From: Eledone cirrhosa
Taxonomy: Eukaryota
Assembly: GCA_964016885.1 (NCBI GenBank)
Contig: OZ024740.1
Coordinates: 222,146,001 to 222,210,000, forward strand
DNA: 64,000 bases
Reading direction: 5' to 3'
The notes under the pieces were generated by a model. That model saw only the letters and a list, made by a program, of their open reading frames with translations. It was not told the DNA's origin and made no database searches. Both the position numbers and the translations under genes were made by a program. Of this stretch, positions 28,910 through 42,876 are shown one piece after another (positions within the stretch are counted from its first letter, which is position 1; each line of letters opens with the position of its first letter).

Positions 28910-30529
28910 AAGGGGGATAGGTTCTTTAAGTCATACGGCCTATCCGTAACTATGGACCTCAACCACAGGGTTGTCAACTTCCTGGACGTGACCCTGGAGT
29001 TGAGTACGGGCTTATACAAGCCATACCATAAGCCTGGAGAGTGCCTCTCTTATATTAATTATGCCTCCAACCACCCTAAGCAGACTCTCAACTCCATAGT
29101 CTATAGTATCTCACGTAGAATCTCGCGGCTACCCGCCAATGAGGATATCTTCAACCAAGCGGCTGATTACTACAATAGGGCCCTGATAAGCGCTGGCTTT
29201 AACCGAGGAATTTCCTACATCCCTAACGCTAGCTCTAGAACCCCCCCCCCCCTCATAAAACTAACGTTATAGTAAGCCATACCTATAACCGATCACGCGG
29301 CGACCTCGTTGAAGTCGGATATAATAGAATAGATAACTGCACCAAAGATCACGTCCCCCGCGACGGTGAACACTGTAGATTACTCAAACTATTCCCCTAT
29401 TACAAAACCAACAAAGGCGACGGCCTACTACCAACGCCTTCCAACCAACATCTTCGTGTACTTAAACATGGAAGAGGTAGAAAGAGTGCACCCGAGCATA
29501 AAGTGAAAGGGGCACCGAACGGGCGACTGCGCATTAACACACATAAGAGCGGTCACTTAGATGGAACCACCCGTAGCAAAAGTACAAGGACACGTAATCG
29601 CCACCGTAACGTCCTATGGTTCCACCCCCCCCTACTCTCGGAGTGTGGCCTCCAACATACCCCGGATATTCTTCGAAGCCTTAGAGAAGAAATTCCCGCC
29701 CAACCATAGGTATAGAAAAATTCTTAATAGGAACAATATAAAAATATCCTTCTCTACTACTCCTAACCGAGCAGACATCATAGGAACAACGAACCACAGT
29801 AAGATCACCAAGACACCGCACCTCGACACAGACGCACCTACACCTGACAATAACTATATCGGCCTTAACAACTCCCTGGCAGCATCCAATAGTGTTGGGA
29901 ACGGCATCCGCAGACGCAACCAGAATAACCGCGAAATGACTGGGGAACATGCAGAACATGACGTGCGGAATAACAATCGCACCACCCCGCGTGCTGTGGG
30001 TTGTAATTGTGCTAACGACAGCTGCGGTAGCGTAGGTAACAACGTAGGCAGAAACAATGATAGCCTTACCGTGGGAAATAGACGGAACCGCGACAGAAAT
30101 TGCAACTGCCGCGACAGAGGACGCTGCCCCCTTAGAGGATACTGCTTGACTGATAGGGTTAGATATAGATGCACTATTACTAGCCACAATAGCGTTAAAC
30201 ACTATATAGGGGCCACCTCCGGCCCGTTCAAAATTAGGTTTCGAACACATCTCCACTCTTTCACAAATAGAAAACTAAGGCACTCCACCTCGCTCGCGGA
30301 CTACATCACATCACTAAAGGATTTAAAAATCAGCTTCTCCACGCACTGGGAGATTGTAGGCAGGGCTGCACCGTACAACTTCAAGAGGAAATGCGATCTT
30401 TGCCTCATGGAGCTCTACCACATCATAACTGCACCCCACGAGCTCATCAACAGCAGAGCTGAAACAGCGATAAGTTGTACACATCGCTTAAAAATATCCT
30501 TCTTCAGATGGGTTAAGGATGAAGAGTGA
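28910..30529 (+). pseudogene. Penelope-like element 3' half (RT thumb + GIY-YIG), frameshifted at C-runs
   Basis: [98 protein letters not shown]. Confidence 0.92.
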
Positions 30530-30823
30530 AATAGTACACTGGATCTCCCTGCAACAAGTCTTAACACCCCGGTGGGCAGGCGCTGCAAAATAACACCCAG
30601 GAAACAATCCTTGCATACCAGACCCAGCCTCAGACAAACGGATGCGGCAAAAAAAAAAAAAAAATTTGTCCGGGAAAGACTGCCCTAACACCGGCCAGAG
30701 TTACCTCCCTTGACCTGCTGCAAAATCAAAACAAGATATTTTTGCGAGCAATGAACCTTGATGTGGATTTAACCCCAAAAACTCTTTCCGAGCAATATAA
30801 GGAACACTTGTAATTATTTATGT

Positions 30824-30858
30824 CCTTGAGAAGCCCAAGTGGGCGAAACGTACGTAGG
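30824..30858 (+). ncRNA. Minimal hammerhead with compensatory U3-A8 core
   Basis: CC-TTGAGAA-GCCC-AAGT-GGGC-GAA-ACGTACGT-A-GG, ~300 nt after the PLE stop codon; palindromic stem III; stem I only 2 bp. Confidence 0.65.
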
Positions 30859-30915
30859 TGATATTTTAAATAAACATGTTTTAACGGTCTATTCTCCGAT
30901 TTTTTACTTTCCCAC

Positions 30916-30987
<72 letters not shown>

Positions 30988-31049
30988 CAGATTAAAGTTT
31001 AAGCAAAGAATCGCTGCTTTCACCCTTAACGGGATCTTCTGAAATAATA

Positions 31050-31089
<40 letters not shown>

Positions 31090-31093
<4 letters not shown>

Positions 31094-31215
31094 CTGAAGA
31101 CAGCATGTATATGTGAAGGTATGTATATTTCCTCTGATAGTTTGTAATACTTTTACATAGATCTATATGATATACATACCAACACACATATACATCCTAG
31201 AAACGATCGTAAAAT
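31090..31215 (+). ncRNA. Hammerhead with ~100 nt stem II (copies at 48945-49070 (-) and 51232-51357 (+))
   Basis: ATTT-CTGAAGA-CAGC-ATGTATATGTG..GTATGTATAT..ATATACATAC..CACATATACAT-CCTA-GAAAC-GATC-GTA-AAAT. Confidence 0.8.
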
Positions 31216-31272
31216 GATGAAATTTTTAATATAAGGAACTTGTTCTTTGTTTTTATTTCATTGTTTTTATTA

Positions 31273-31316
<44 letters not shown>

Positions 31317-31349
31317 GTACGTATGCAAGTATGCATACGTACACACATA

Positions 31350-32233
31350 CGAGGTGTGACAGAAAAGTTCCAGGACTGATGCCACAATATATTTATTTCA
31401 AACCCAAACTTCACACTATGAGTTTTCTCCTTGGAGTATGTAACTGTAATCTTAGCTCTCTGCAGCGATCAAACTTTGTTCTTCATAATTTTATATACTT
31501 GTCCTCTGTTACAGGTCGTCAAGCAATGAGCACAGAGCAACGTACAAACTTGAAAGCTCTGCACTGGATTGCTACAGCAAGTGTATGGAGATGAGACGAT
31601 GTCACGCTCACGTGTTTTTGAGTGGTGCAAGAGGTTTAAAGAAGGACGCGAGGACGTGGAAGATGACCCCAGGAGCGGAAGGCCCTCAACAACCAGGACT
31701 GAGGTCAACGTTGAGCGCGTCAGGCAGATGGTGCGTAGCGATCGTCGGCTGACTGTTCGACTGATGGCAAATGAGCTGGGCATGAATCGGGACAGCGTCT
31801 GGAAGATTCTCACTGAAGATTTGGACATGCAGAAAGTCTGCGCAAAGATGGTGCCAAAACTGGTGAACCATGCCCAGAAGGGTCGATGCATGCAAGTGTG
31901 CCAGGACATCCCCGATCGTCTTGAAACCGAACCAGACTTGCTAGGGACAGTCATCACCGGTGATGAGTCATGGATCTTCAAGAACGACCCGCAGGGGACC
32001 CGTTTTGAAGACCTGGAAGACATCAAAAAGGCCGTGACGACGGAACTGCGGAGTATCCCGGAAGAATCCTTCCAGGAGTGCATACAAGCGTGCCAGAAAA
32101 GGACAGAAAAGGATGGAAAAGTGCATTAGACTCCAGGGGGGATTACTTTGAAGGAGAAAACTCTTAGTGTGAAGTTTGGGTTTGAAATAAATCTTTTGTG
32201 ACATCAGTCCTGAAACTTTTCTGACCCACCTCG
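31350..32233 (+). mobile_element. Internally deleted mariner transposon (884 bp)
   Basis: ~85 bp imperfect TIRs beginning CGAGGTG, TA TSD; ORF 31569-32129 has mariner HTH (VFEWCKRFKEGREDVEDDPRSGRP) and TGDESW fused directly to the C-terminus (GTRFEDLEDIKKAV). Confidence 0.92.
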
Positions 32234-32295
32234 TATATAAACACTCACTTGAGTTATATCGGGCATTGGTAATAGTATTCGTACATATGTATATA

Positions 32296-32409
<114 letters not shown>

Positions 32410-32804
32410 CGTGTGTGTGTGTGTTTGTATATATATATATATATATGTGTGTGTACGTATGCATACTTACATTTATTTATCAGCTGTTCTAGGGCGGGAA
32501 ATCAAATTCTAATTCTATTTTTAGCTCTCGGCATGATCAGCCGTAACTCGCTCGGTATGCAAATGAGACTACTCAGCCCATGCGTACTTAAGAAAATACT
32601 ATATATTTTTAACCGTTCAACAGACTGGCAGAGATATACAGTCCTGATGAAGGGACCCCAAAACACATTGGTTGTTCCTCAATGCCAGTGCTGAACAAAC
32701 AGATGACAATTTGTCGTCGGCATAGCTTTACTCGGTCCGTTTGTTTATAAACGAATCGAATATTATTATTAATGTTCGATATAAGCCATACGTATACAAG
32801 CCAG

Positions 32805-32972
<168 letters not shown>

Positions 32973-33572
32973 ATATAATGTATTATTGTGTCAATCACCA
33001 CCAATCTCATAAGTAACACTAATACTAATGTCTTCTTTAATCTTATAAATACAGCGATTAATCCTATACTTACCAGACATTTATTATTTCCTTTATGCTG
33101 TTCATGACGAATATTGATCATGTTGATCAAATAATCTTTTAGCATTTAATGATGATACGAAAATAGATTTGTTTTAAAGACAACCCGAATGAAATACTCC
33201 TATTAATCCCGATATTTTTCATTACACATGCTAATAACACTGCATGCTAATCATCTGATCTGCTAGAAATATCAACTAAATCTTTCCTTAATCACTCTGA
33301 TCAATTTACTGTAGATTAAGAAACTCTGTCTGATAAGTGAAGAAAAAATAAAAGTATGACTGCCAGTGAAACACTTGCTCATTTTCTTTAATTTATACCT
33401 AGTTCCTAAAGCCTTATTGCATCACTGATAATGATTTCTTCTGAAAGGCACATTTAGGACAAACCTGGAGTTAAACAGCATCCAAAACCAACCAAGCAAC
33501 CCATGCAATTTCTCCTGGAATTATCAGTAATATGAACACGATTCATGATTAAACAACATTACACATTAGCAA

Positions 33573-33759
33573 GTGGATTGGCAGTATCAGTAGAGAGTCG
33601 GACGCCATGCTTTCCAGCATAGTTACGTCCCTTCACGGTCTGAGTTCAAATCCTGCCGAGGTTAACTTTGCCTTTCATCCTTACGGGGGTCGATAAAATA
33701 AAGTACCAGTAATGTACTGGGTAATTGCTGGCCTTGTGCCAAAAGTAGAAACAATTATC
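33573..33759 (+). mobile_element. SINE
   Basis: Near full-length match to the SINE consensus. Confidence 0.9.
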
Positions 33760-33959
33760 TCTATTTCTAAATTACTCCATAACCTGCATTTCTTTTCTTT
33801 TTTTTTCTTTTATTATTTTTTTTTTCCAAATATAATTCATTAGTAGAGAAAAGCAATGAAGAATAACATGATGCTGAATGAAAACACAAGCATTTTATAC
33901 AAACTCTCACACAGACACACCGACCACAACTAAATATGGAGTGATACTCGATGGGGCTC

Positions 33960-34212
33960 ACCCACAGCCCCGGCGGTCAGAATGGAGAAGGCGTTTCCTC
34001 GGAAGACAGCAAGGGAGACGCGCTGGAAAAGCCACTCCAACTCGCGGGGCTCACACTTGCGGCTGGCCAGCTCACGCCTATGGTGGTGAGTAGGGAGGTA
34101 GCCCTAGGGCCAAGGACACCAGAAGTCTTCCCTGCCAGGGGTACAACCGCAAACCTGTCGGAGAGCGACCGGTATTTGAGGAGTTTAGCCTCCTCAGCCC
34201 GACGTGCAGCAG
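33960..34212 (-). pseudogene. CRE-clade retrotransposon C-terminal fragment
   Basis: AARRAEEAKLLKYRSLSDRFAVVPLA..SGVLGPRATSLL..FQRVSLAVFRGNAFSIL. Confidence 0.75.
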
Positions 34213-34542
34213 AATATTTTTTCCTAACGTTTATTTGAAACGTATAAGTCCTTCCTTTATGTTCTATTGCTTTTGTATGTTTCCTTTACTGCTGCTATCA
34301 CGATCCAATGAGGGAAAACGTTAATAAGACCAACCAAGCTTCACCCTTGTTAGAGGAAGAGTATATTAGATAATACATTTCTAGATTAATTCTAGAAGAA
34401 TGGAATGTCTTTGATTACAGACCTGGTTGGTGAAAATGTACCTCGGGGTAGTCAGCAGCAAATGTACCCGCACCACTTTCTGTTTTTCTGCCTGAAATTA
34501 GTTTCTTCAATCTGTAATATTATTTTACATTGTAAATATTAG

Positions 34543-34705
<163 letters not shown>

Positions 34706-34734
34706 ACTATCTATATTTATATCTATTTACCTAT

Positions 34735-35690
34735 TGGCACCTCGAGTGCCTACAGGCCCTCACACCCCTTTACCAAGCGGAAACAGCAACCAGCGGAGAC
34801 TCCACTTCGACATTCTATAGGGGATGAGTGGAGGATAAGTGCGACGACGTTCTAGGGGAATCTCTAGGCATCGAGGAAGACGAACTGACCAGTCTGCTCG
34901 CGAGGACTTTCCGTCTAGGGCCTATGGATAACTTCCAGAGGTCTCTGGCTTGGCAGTACTACCGAGGAGCTCTACCAGTTCGAGACAAAGTCTACAGGCA
35001 CGGACGCCCTGGCAGAGATCCTGCCAAAAGGACCTGTCCAAGATGCGAGCAGGACATCGAAACCGTTCTGCACGCAATTGTTCAGTGCCCAGGGGTGACC
35101 GACCTGTGGAATTATGTCGAACAGCTACTGTCACGTGTTGGACGCATCCAGTTGTTAGCCGAGTCCATCGTGAAGATCACCCCGCCACCTTCATTTAAGA
35201 ATGAAGGAGAGGCTGTCTTTCTCTGTCTGGTGGCTATGGTGAAAGAGGTAATATGGTGGACTAGGTTAAAAGGACTGAGGGCAAGCACCTTTCACTCCAA
35301 CAACAACTCATCTCCTTCTTTAAGTACCACTTCAAACGGAAGGTGAGAGTGTAGATAGGTGCTACACCCCAGTACATTCGCTGAAAGGTGGGTGAATGTA
35401 GCGAATGTGGCGAAAATGGCCCGGGTGAATGGGCCTTCTCTGTATATAAACCTGTAGGTTGAGGAAGATAAACAGAGGTAAGACGGGAACACCTACTAAA
35501 CGTGTTCCTGCTGTTGAGGGTTGTTCTATCCACAGGGTGTAAAACAATCCCTCAGTAGCATTACACTCCCCTCCCACCGAATGGGGATTTCATTTGTTTT
35601 ATTTTTATATAGTTTATTGTTATTTTTCATTGTTAAAGATTTTATGTAAAAACCCCGCCGTCACTGTCCCACTGTGGCAAATAAAGAAAT
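34735..35690 (+). pseudogene. L1/Tx1-clade LINE 3' end (zf-RVT-like domain + 3' UTR)
   Basis: ORF 34828-35346: RSLAWQYYRGALPV..CPRC..ETVLHAIVQCP..LW; T-rich UTR and AATAAA at ~35679. Confidence 0.8.
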
Positions 35691-35760
35691 ATATCTATCT
35701 ATCTATTTATTTATCTCTCTCTCCCTTTCTCTATCTCTCTTTATCTCTTTCTCCCTCTCT

Positions 35761-35801
<41 letters not shown>

Positions 35802-35868
35802 GTGTGTGTGTGTATGCATGTATAGTAGAATGTATGTTTTAAATATTGCATTATTTAATACATTCAAA

Positions 35869-35967
<99 letters not shown>

Positions 35968-37639
35968 ACATACATACATACATACACACTTATAAATATG
36001 TTGTTTGTGTGTGTACATGTATATTTAGAGAGTTGGAGATAATGTTTACATATAATTATGAGAAAAATATTTTATGATGAATGCAATGTACGACCTTTAT
36101 GAAGTTTCACATTAAAAATGATATTTAACCATTTAAGTCCTATAGGCTAACAGAACCCATTAATCTTCAAGTTTCTCAAACATCTCATACCGTGATAAAC
36201 ATTACAGAGCGTACATAGCAAACAGATTTCATTAGCTACATTCAATAACTGTATATGTATATTAGGTGAATAGCAAATTCACTCCATATTATATGAATAG
36301 TTAATAGGAATGATATACAACTATTATTAATAAGGGTTACTCAGCATCGCATTAATTGATACAGCGAAATATCTGACATACAGTAGATTTTCAAGTGCTT
36401 TCCTATTTAAGATACACCAGCAGGAGTCTTGCAATTATTAAATATCAGTCATAGTAAACATGTATGAGGTTGTGAATTTACTTTGAAAAGACAATTTGAA
36501 AGGATTTCTAGTTGCAGTTCAATAATAATGTAATAACTGGCTTCTGTGAACGTCGTGTTAATTGCATTATATTATTTCCTTTTCATCCTTACATGGTCAA
36601 TAAAATACGTACCAGTAACACATTGGGGTCGATTGAATCGACAATTTCATTCCCTTGAAATTGTTGTTCTTGAGCCAAATCTAGGAACAATTATTTTATT
36701 TGCTTTTCATCCTAACAAAGTCGATAAACTATGTAGCAGTAACACACTGGGGGTCGATTTAATCGTCTTCTCCTTTCCCTTGAAAGTGTTGGATTTGAGC
36801 CAAATTTAAAATAATTATTTTATTTGCTTTTGTTCCAATCCACTCCGAGTTCAAACGACACTGTCGTCAACTTTTATTTGCAACTCGTTAATGTCAATAA
36901 AGACTTCTTTGTGCATAGAAGCCTCTTCATTAAAAATGTGAAGATACAGACACAGTGGATGTGATCACTTGTAGACTAGTAAATACGGTGTTAGGATCCC
37001 GACCATAAGCTCGTGTGTTCGCTTCCCGGAGCGGGCAGCGCATTGTCATCGGTCAAGTCACTTTATTTCACATTGCTCCAGTCAACTCTACTGGTAAAAA
37101 TGAGTTGTGACGACACTGGTGCCATATTGATAATGCAAATGCCTTTCTATTGGACTGCAGTGGTGAAAGGGTGAGAGAAGACTGGCATGTCTGCGCAACG
37201 TCTGTTGCTTCACGAAATCGTTGCTCAGGATCCTGTTTGAGAAGGAACTTTCTAGGTGGAATTCCATAGTCAGTCATGGCAAAGATGTTCCCCAGTTAGA
37301 TGTGAAAATAAATACCAAGTCTAATCCTAAACCATTGCATAACCATTTAAATCAATCATTGAATAGTTACTCAGTAAAAGTGTGAGAACAACACACCATT
37401 ACTACTATGATTTTATTATTTTTAGGTGGCTTAGAATACCTTAAAACACTAATAGCCTACTGGATTAAGGAGATCTATTACTTTAAGCTAAATAAAATTA
37501 AACTTAAACATAGTTGTCTTTAATAAAGCATGTTTGAACCTTGCTTCCTATATATACGAACCCACAATGTCACACACACACACACAGACAGACACACATA
37601 TACACACACACACAACACACATACACACATATATATACT

Positions 37640-37780
37640 CAGTTCGGATCTAGCTGTGGAAACGGCCGGAGCTCGGCCGTCGGGATCCTGACTTTTTTCC
37701 TATTACCCTCTCTACTACCCTAAGTATCGAGTACTACGGTGCGTAATCGTTCACCTGGTTTCTTACCAATCTTTCTTTTA
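37640..37780 (+). repeat. 5'-truncated HHR-terminal-repeat fragment (family of 56955-57100)
   Basis: GAAACGGC-CGGAGCTCG-GCCGTC-GGG (HHR stem III and GUC site) followed by the shared tail CTACTACCCTAAGTA..CACCTGGTT. Confidence 0.7.
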
Positions 37781-37798
37781 TATATATATATCTCAAAA

Positions 37799-38122
<324 letters not shown>

Positions 38123-38192
38123 GGAGAGAGAGGGTAGGGATAAAGATATATACATAAATAAATATTATGGATTATAAACATATGTGTGTGTA

Positions 38193-38254
<62 letters not shown>

Positions 38255-38361
38255 TATTGAAGTTTCCGTTCAAAATTGAAACAGTCAGAGGAATAAAGAG
38301 TGCTCTATGTAAGTTACAGAACTAAATATTTAATGAATAATAAACAATACAATATAATTAC

Positions 38362-38474
38362 CTCATTATCAGAGGTTTCACGAATAAGACGAATACAAGA
38401 AACATTCGCATTCGTTCGCCAGACAAGGCAATTTATAACATTGTGAAATATTTGAAAAATCTCCTCAGGAGAGG
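38362..38474 (-). CDS. Candidate internal exon of an unidentified host gene
   Basis: Pyrimidine tract + TTTAG acceptor, GAG|GTAATT donor, open frame SPEEIFQIFHNVINCLVWRTNANVSCIRLIRETSDNE; no family recognised. Confidence 0.4.
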
Positions 38475-38925
38475 CTAAAAGTTTAACGGGCAAAACAAAT
38501 AAATAAAAGTAATAATACAAGAAATGTATAAAAAATAAAAATAAAGAAATATAATGAGATGTGTGTAAATGTGTGTATATGAACATACATATGTACATGT
38601 GTGTGTATCTACAACTGCATGTGTATAGGGAAAAAATGTGTGCGTAAGTACATATATGAGGGCAAACATATTAGTGTATGTGTGACCACAAATACATATA
38701 TATATATATTGTAAGATATATTGTACATATAGAAATTGTAAGATAATGGAGTTAGCGTACATACGGACTCATGGACTAAAGGGTGGTATATATACACATA
38801 CAAGGATGAAAGGACGCACGCGTATAAACATTCACACACGCGCAACCATATACATGTATGTGATATATACAGGGAAGGGAGTGTATAAAGTCAACGGAGG
38901 TAGATACAAATATAAAATATATATG

Positions 38926-39025
<100 letters not shown>

Positions 39026-40366
39026 TATGTATTTAACATGAATATATGTATGTGTATTAAAAGCGTGTAAAATTGAGGTAGCCTGTATATTTTTGTGTGG
39101 TCATGTATATGATTGATGATAAGATTTCAAAGAAACAATAATAATGTGAATAATAAATACATATAACATCGTCTGTAGTTATTGAGTTTGTTGGTAGAAC
39201 TTGTCAAAACACCTTAGGTAGTATTATACATATGCTGCTTTAAATCTGTTTTGTTCTGCGATTACTTTTTGCTTATTTATTTTTGTATATCTTTCTTATA
39301 GACACCGCAGGCACACAGACCATCATAAAGCCATGATTAACACATTTGTAAATTATTTCCTCGCCTTCAAATACAAATTCGGGAAACAAATTTTGCACTT
39401 AATATTCTTGACTACCCCGTTTTGTCCGTTTCGTTGGTTTTATTAACGTATGTACATGCATCAGTTGTTATATACGTATTCAACGATATAATTTATAGCC
39501 AACACGTTTAGTTGGTTCAGACGTAAAGCCAGATCAAAGTATCTTTAAATTTTCGATGCTATTTGATGTGATTTGTTTTCGTGTATTTTTTATAGATTGT
39601 GAACACTACCAATGGTGTGAAACCGATGACTTTCGTTTTATATAAATAACGCAGTGATTTTGATGACTAAAGAATTCAGATGTGGGAATAATACACAGTA
39701 GACGTTGACACACTTTTTTAACTCAAATTTATCAGAAGTCTAATTTCATGTCAGTCACAATATATATTAACAAACTCAATATTGAAAGGAAAACTGTATC
39801 CGTTGCTTTACATAGTAATTTGATAGCAATATATAATAACGCAGTAGAGTGTTTAGTATGGGGTTTCATGTGATGAGATGACTACAGAAACATTCACACT
39901 TGAATTCATACCTACATGTTTTTGTTGCATTCATACTAACGTGTTGCATTAACTTGTTGAATTGTAGTAAAAACTTTATTCCGATTCTGCCATTTAATAT
40001 CCCTTCACAGTATTTGGTCGTGCTCAAAGTATCAGCACGATGTGTTCTATATTTTATCAATCGGTTATATCACCACAAAGAATCTGTATTGTAAAATAAA
40101 TGAACCGATCTTTCAAGGAGTATAGAATGGAAATGATTTAGTATTATAGATGTTCTTGCTCGTATACAGTAACACTCTATCACACATTGGTGATAACACA
40201 AAGCAACAACTCCTTAAATAATTATTAAATGTTGAAGGTGATTTACTACTGCTGTTTACTACTGCTATAGATTATTGTAAATCAAGAATTCCATAAAAAA
40301 TGATTCATTTAATTTCATGACAACAGAGGACGGTGTCCGGGCATCTATATAGAAGAGTGTCTTATA

Positions 40367-40555
40367 CGAGAGTCGGCTCAAAAATCATAGGCTGAATAAG
40401 ATACTTTTATGGAATGAAGTTTATTTTTCATTATAGTCCTTGGAAAGAAACAATGCAGTTATTAATAAGAATATTTGAAATTTATGCATGAAATATTTCA
40501 CAGCCCTATCATCATTCCTTCATAGTCAACCTATGATCTTTTCAACCGACTCTCG
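40367..40555. mobile_element. Mariner-type MITE
   Basis: TIRs CGAGAGTCGGCTCAAAAATCATAGGCTGA / TCAACCTATGATCTTTTCAACCGACTCTCG; TA on the left side only. Confidence 0.7.
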
Positions 40556-40602
40556 AACTTGGGAATTAATAAGGGAAAGGCTAATATTATTCTTTAAACA
40601 TT

Positions 40603-40792
40603 GGCGGTGGATTGGCAGTATCGGTAGAGGGTCGGACGCCATGCTTTCCAGCATAGTTACGTCTTTTTACGATCTGTGTTCAAATCCCGCCGAGGTTGAC
40701 TTTTTCTTTCATCCTTACGGGGTCGATAAAATAAAGTACCAGTAATGCACTGGTAAATTTCTGGCCTTGTGCCTAAAGTAGAAACAATTATT
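40603..40792 (+). mobile_element. Full-length SINE with 17-bp TSD
   Basis: GGCGGTGGATTGGCAG..AACAATT flanked by ATTATTCTTTAAACATT. Confidence 0.92.
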
Positions 40793-41391
40793 CTTTAAAC
40801 ATTTTATCAGGCAGAACATTCGGAAACATGTATAAATGGTGTTAATTAATACAGTATATGATTGGTATTTATTTTTCTAATTGATGGAAGGCATGCAGCT
40901 GAAATGAATAAATGCAAGAATCGTTGAGCCAGCACAGTAATGTGACATCTAAAGTACTCGGTCTTCAAAAGAAGGGAAGTAGGTATAAAACCCAAACTCG
41001 TCATCTTCAACTCCGTGTTCGCTCTACCTTTACCGATGGTCCTCACATTTGTTTAATGACCGAAATAATACGGTCACGATGACAAGCGGCCGAAATCGGA
41101 TTCCTTGGTTTACATCAATATTGGAATAAATTTGAAAACTGCGAATTGTTTTCAATTGTAAATCATATAAACTTTCTCTCACTCTCTATCTATCACTGGA
41201 AGAAAGCTACTAGTTCAGACACAGAGATCGATGGTCTCCGCCAGATTTAATAATGCACTAGAAACACCGAATGCCAATACGGCACCCTACATAGAAGGTG
41301 CCGAAAAAGAGCATACAAACTTCAACAATCTTTTAAAAATTATTGCCTGTACAGGTAATCAAATTGTGTACGCATTTTTTGGGAACACCAC

Positions 41392-41434
<43 letters not shown>

Positions 41435-41857
41435 ATGTGTAAGTGTGTGAGTGTATGTGTGTCTGTGTGTGTGTGTATAAATAAAATATCAAAATTGCAA
41501 GTTTCTCATAGTTAGCTGTGTAGTCTAATTTTGAATATCATATGATAATCTCAAATTAAGATTTATCTGCAATGTTATATTGCAGGTTATGAAAACTAGA
41601 ATAAGGCAAATTTATAGAATTAATAATCTTCAATCAATCACGACCAAATGCTTGCCCGGGTGAGATTTCTGCAATAAATATGATTAGATCACATAACAAA
41701 AATTACTAAGGAATTTGGAGGCAAGTAATGTTTCATAATATCATTTTGAATCAAGCTACAAGTATGCATATTCTGATACAGTATACATACAGACAGACCG
41801 TCAGACCGTCATACAGATAAACAGACGCATGTATATATATATATATATATATAGATG

Positions 41858-41908
41858 AGATTCTACAGGACTAGAACTGTTTCATTCATTAGAAATCATC
41901 AGGAATCT
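41858..41908 (-). ncRNA. Canonical type I hammerhead ribozyme
   Basis: AGATTC-CTGATGA-TTTC-TAAT-GAAT-GAA-ACAG-TTCTAGTC-CTGT-A-GAATCT; all core nucleotides present, GUA site. Confidence 0.88.
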
Positions 41909-41964
41909 GCTATGTATTGAGTACCTTACTTACTGTGGTTACCTCCGATTCAACCCGGAATAAC

Positions 41965-42019
<55 letters not shown>

Positions 42020-42084
42020 CACATATGTATACATACATATTCATATATATATACGTATTTATACAGATATTGTATATACATACC

Positions 42085-42780
42085 TATTCTAGGGCGGGTA
42101 AAATTCCCGAGATCCATGGAAGAGTTCTCTCCAGCTGTCTCTGTCCCTCATTATCGCTGCCATGTCCTGCGTCTCTAACAGACCAGTGTCTGTCCTTAGG
42201 ACATCAACATACGTTAACCTTGGTCTTCCTCTTCCTGTGTGTCCATGTAGGGGCTCCCACAGGAGCACTGAGTGCAATGTCAACTCTGGATGTCGGTGAG
42301 CATGTCCAGCTAACATCAGTCTCCTCTGTGTCACTTTTGAGCTGACTTTTGGGAGGCTCCCATACAGCTCTGAGTTTTTCATCCTCAGTGTATACTGATT
42401 AATGTTCAGAGCCATCCTCAGCATTCTCGTCTAGCACCCAGGATTTGATGCAGGAGGTTGAGACTGTGTTGATGAGTGTGGGGCTGAGAATGAATGAGAC
42501 TAAAACAAAATATCTGGTAGAGAATGTTGAGAAGCCAGAGGGGATCACTAATGTAGGCGGGAAGCCGCTAGAATTGGTTGAGGACTTCCTGTATTTGGGA
42601 GAAAAGATTGGGAATACGGAAGATGATGTGGTTGGGAGGAAGAGCAAAGCCTGGGAGGCGTGTCACAGCTTGAGATCGGTGTGGAAGTCGGACCTTCATA
42701 AAGACCTGAAAATCCGCCTCTTGATTGGTGTAGCGGAATCTGTGCTGCTGTACGTGTCTGAGACTTGGACACTGACCAAG
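42085..42780 (-). pseudogene. RTE-like LINE 3' fragment with 5' inversion
   Basis: Minus 42089-42440: TRMLRMALN..QRRLMLAGH..GRGRPRLTY; plus 42441-42780: [34 protein letters not shown]. Confidence 0.88.
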
Positions 42781-42795
42781 ATACATACATATATT

Positions 42796-42876
<81 letters not shown>

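Noticed and set aside
32640-32690. CTGATGA-AGGGACCCC-AAAAC as a hammerhead
   Set aside because: GAAA is absent and stems I and III cannot be formed convincingly
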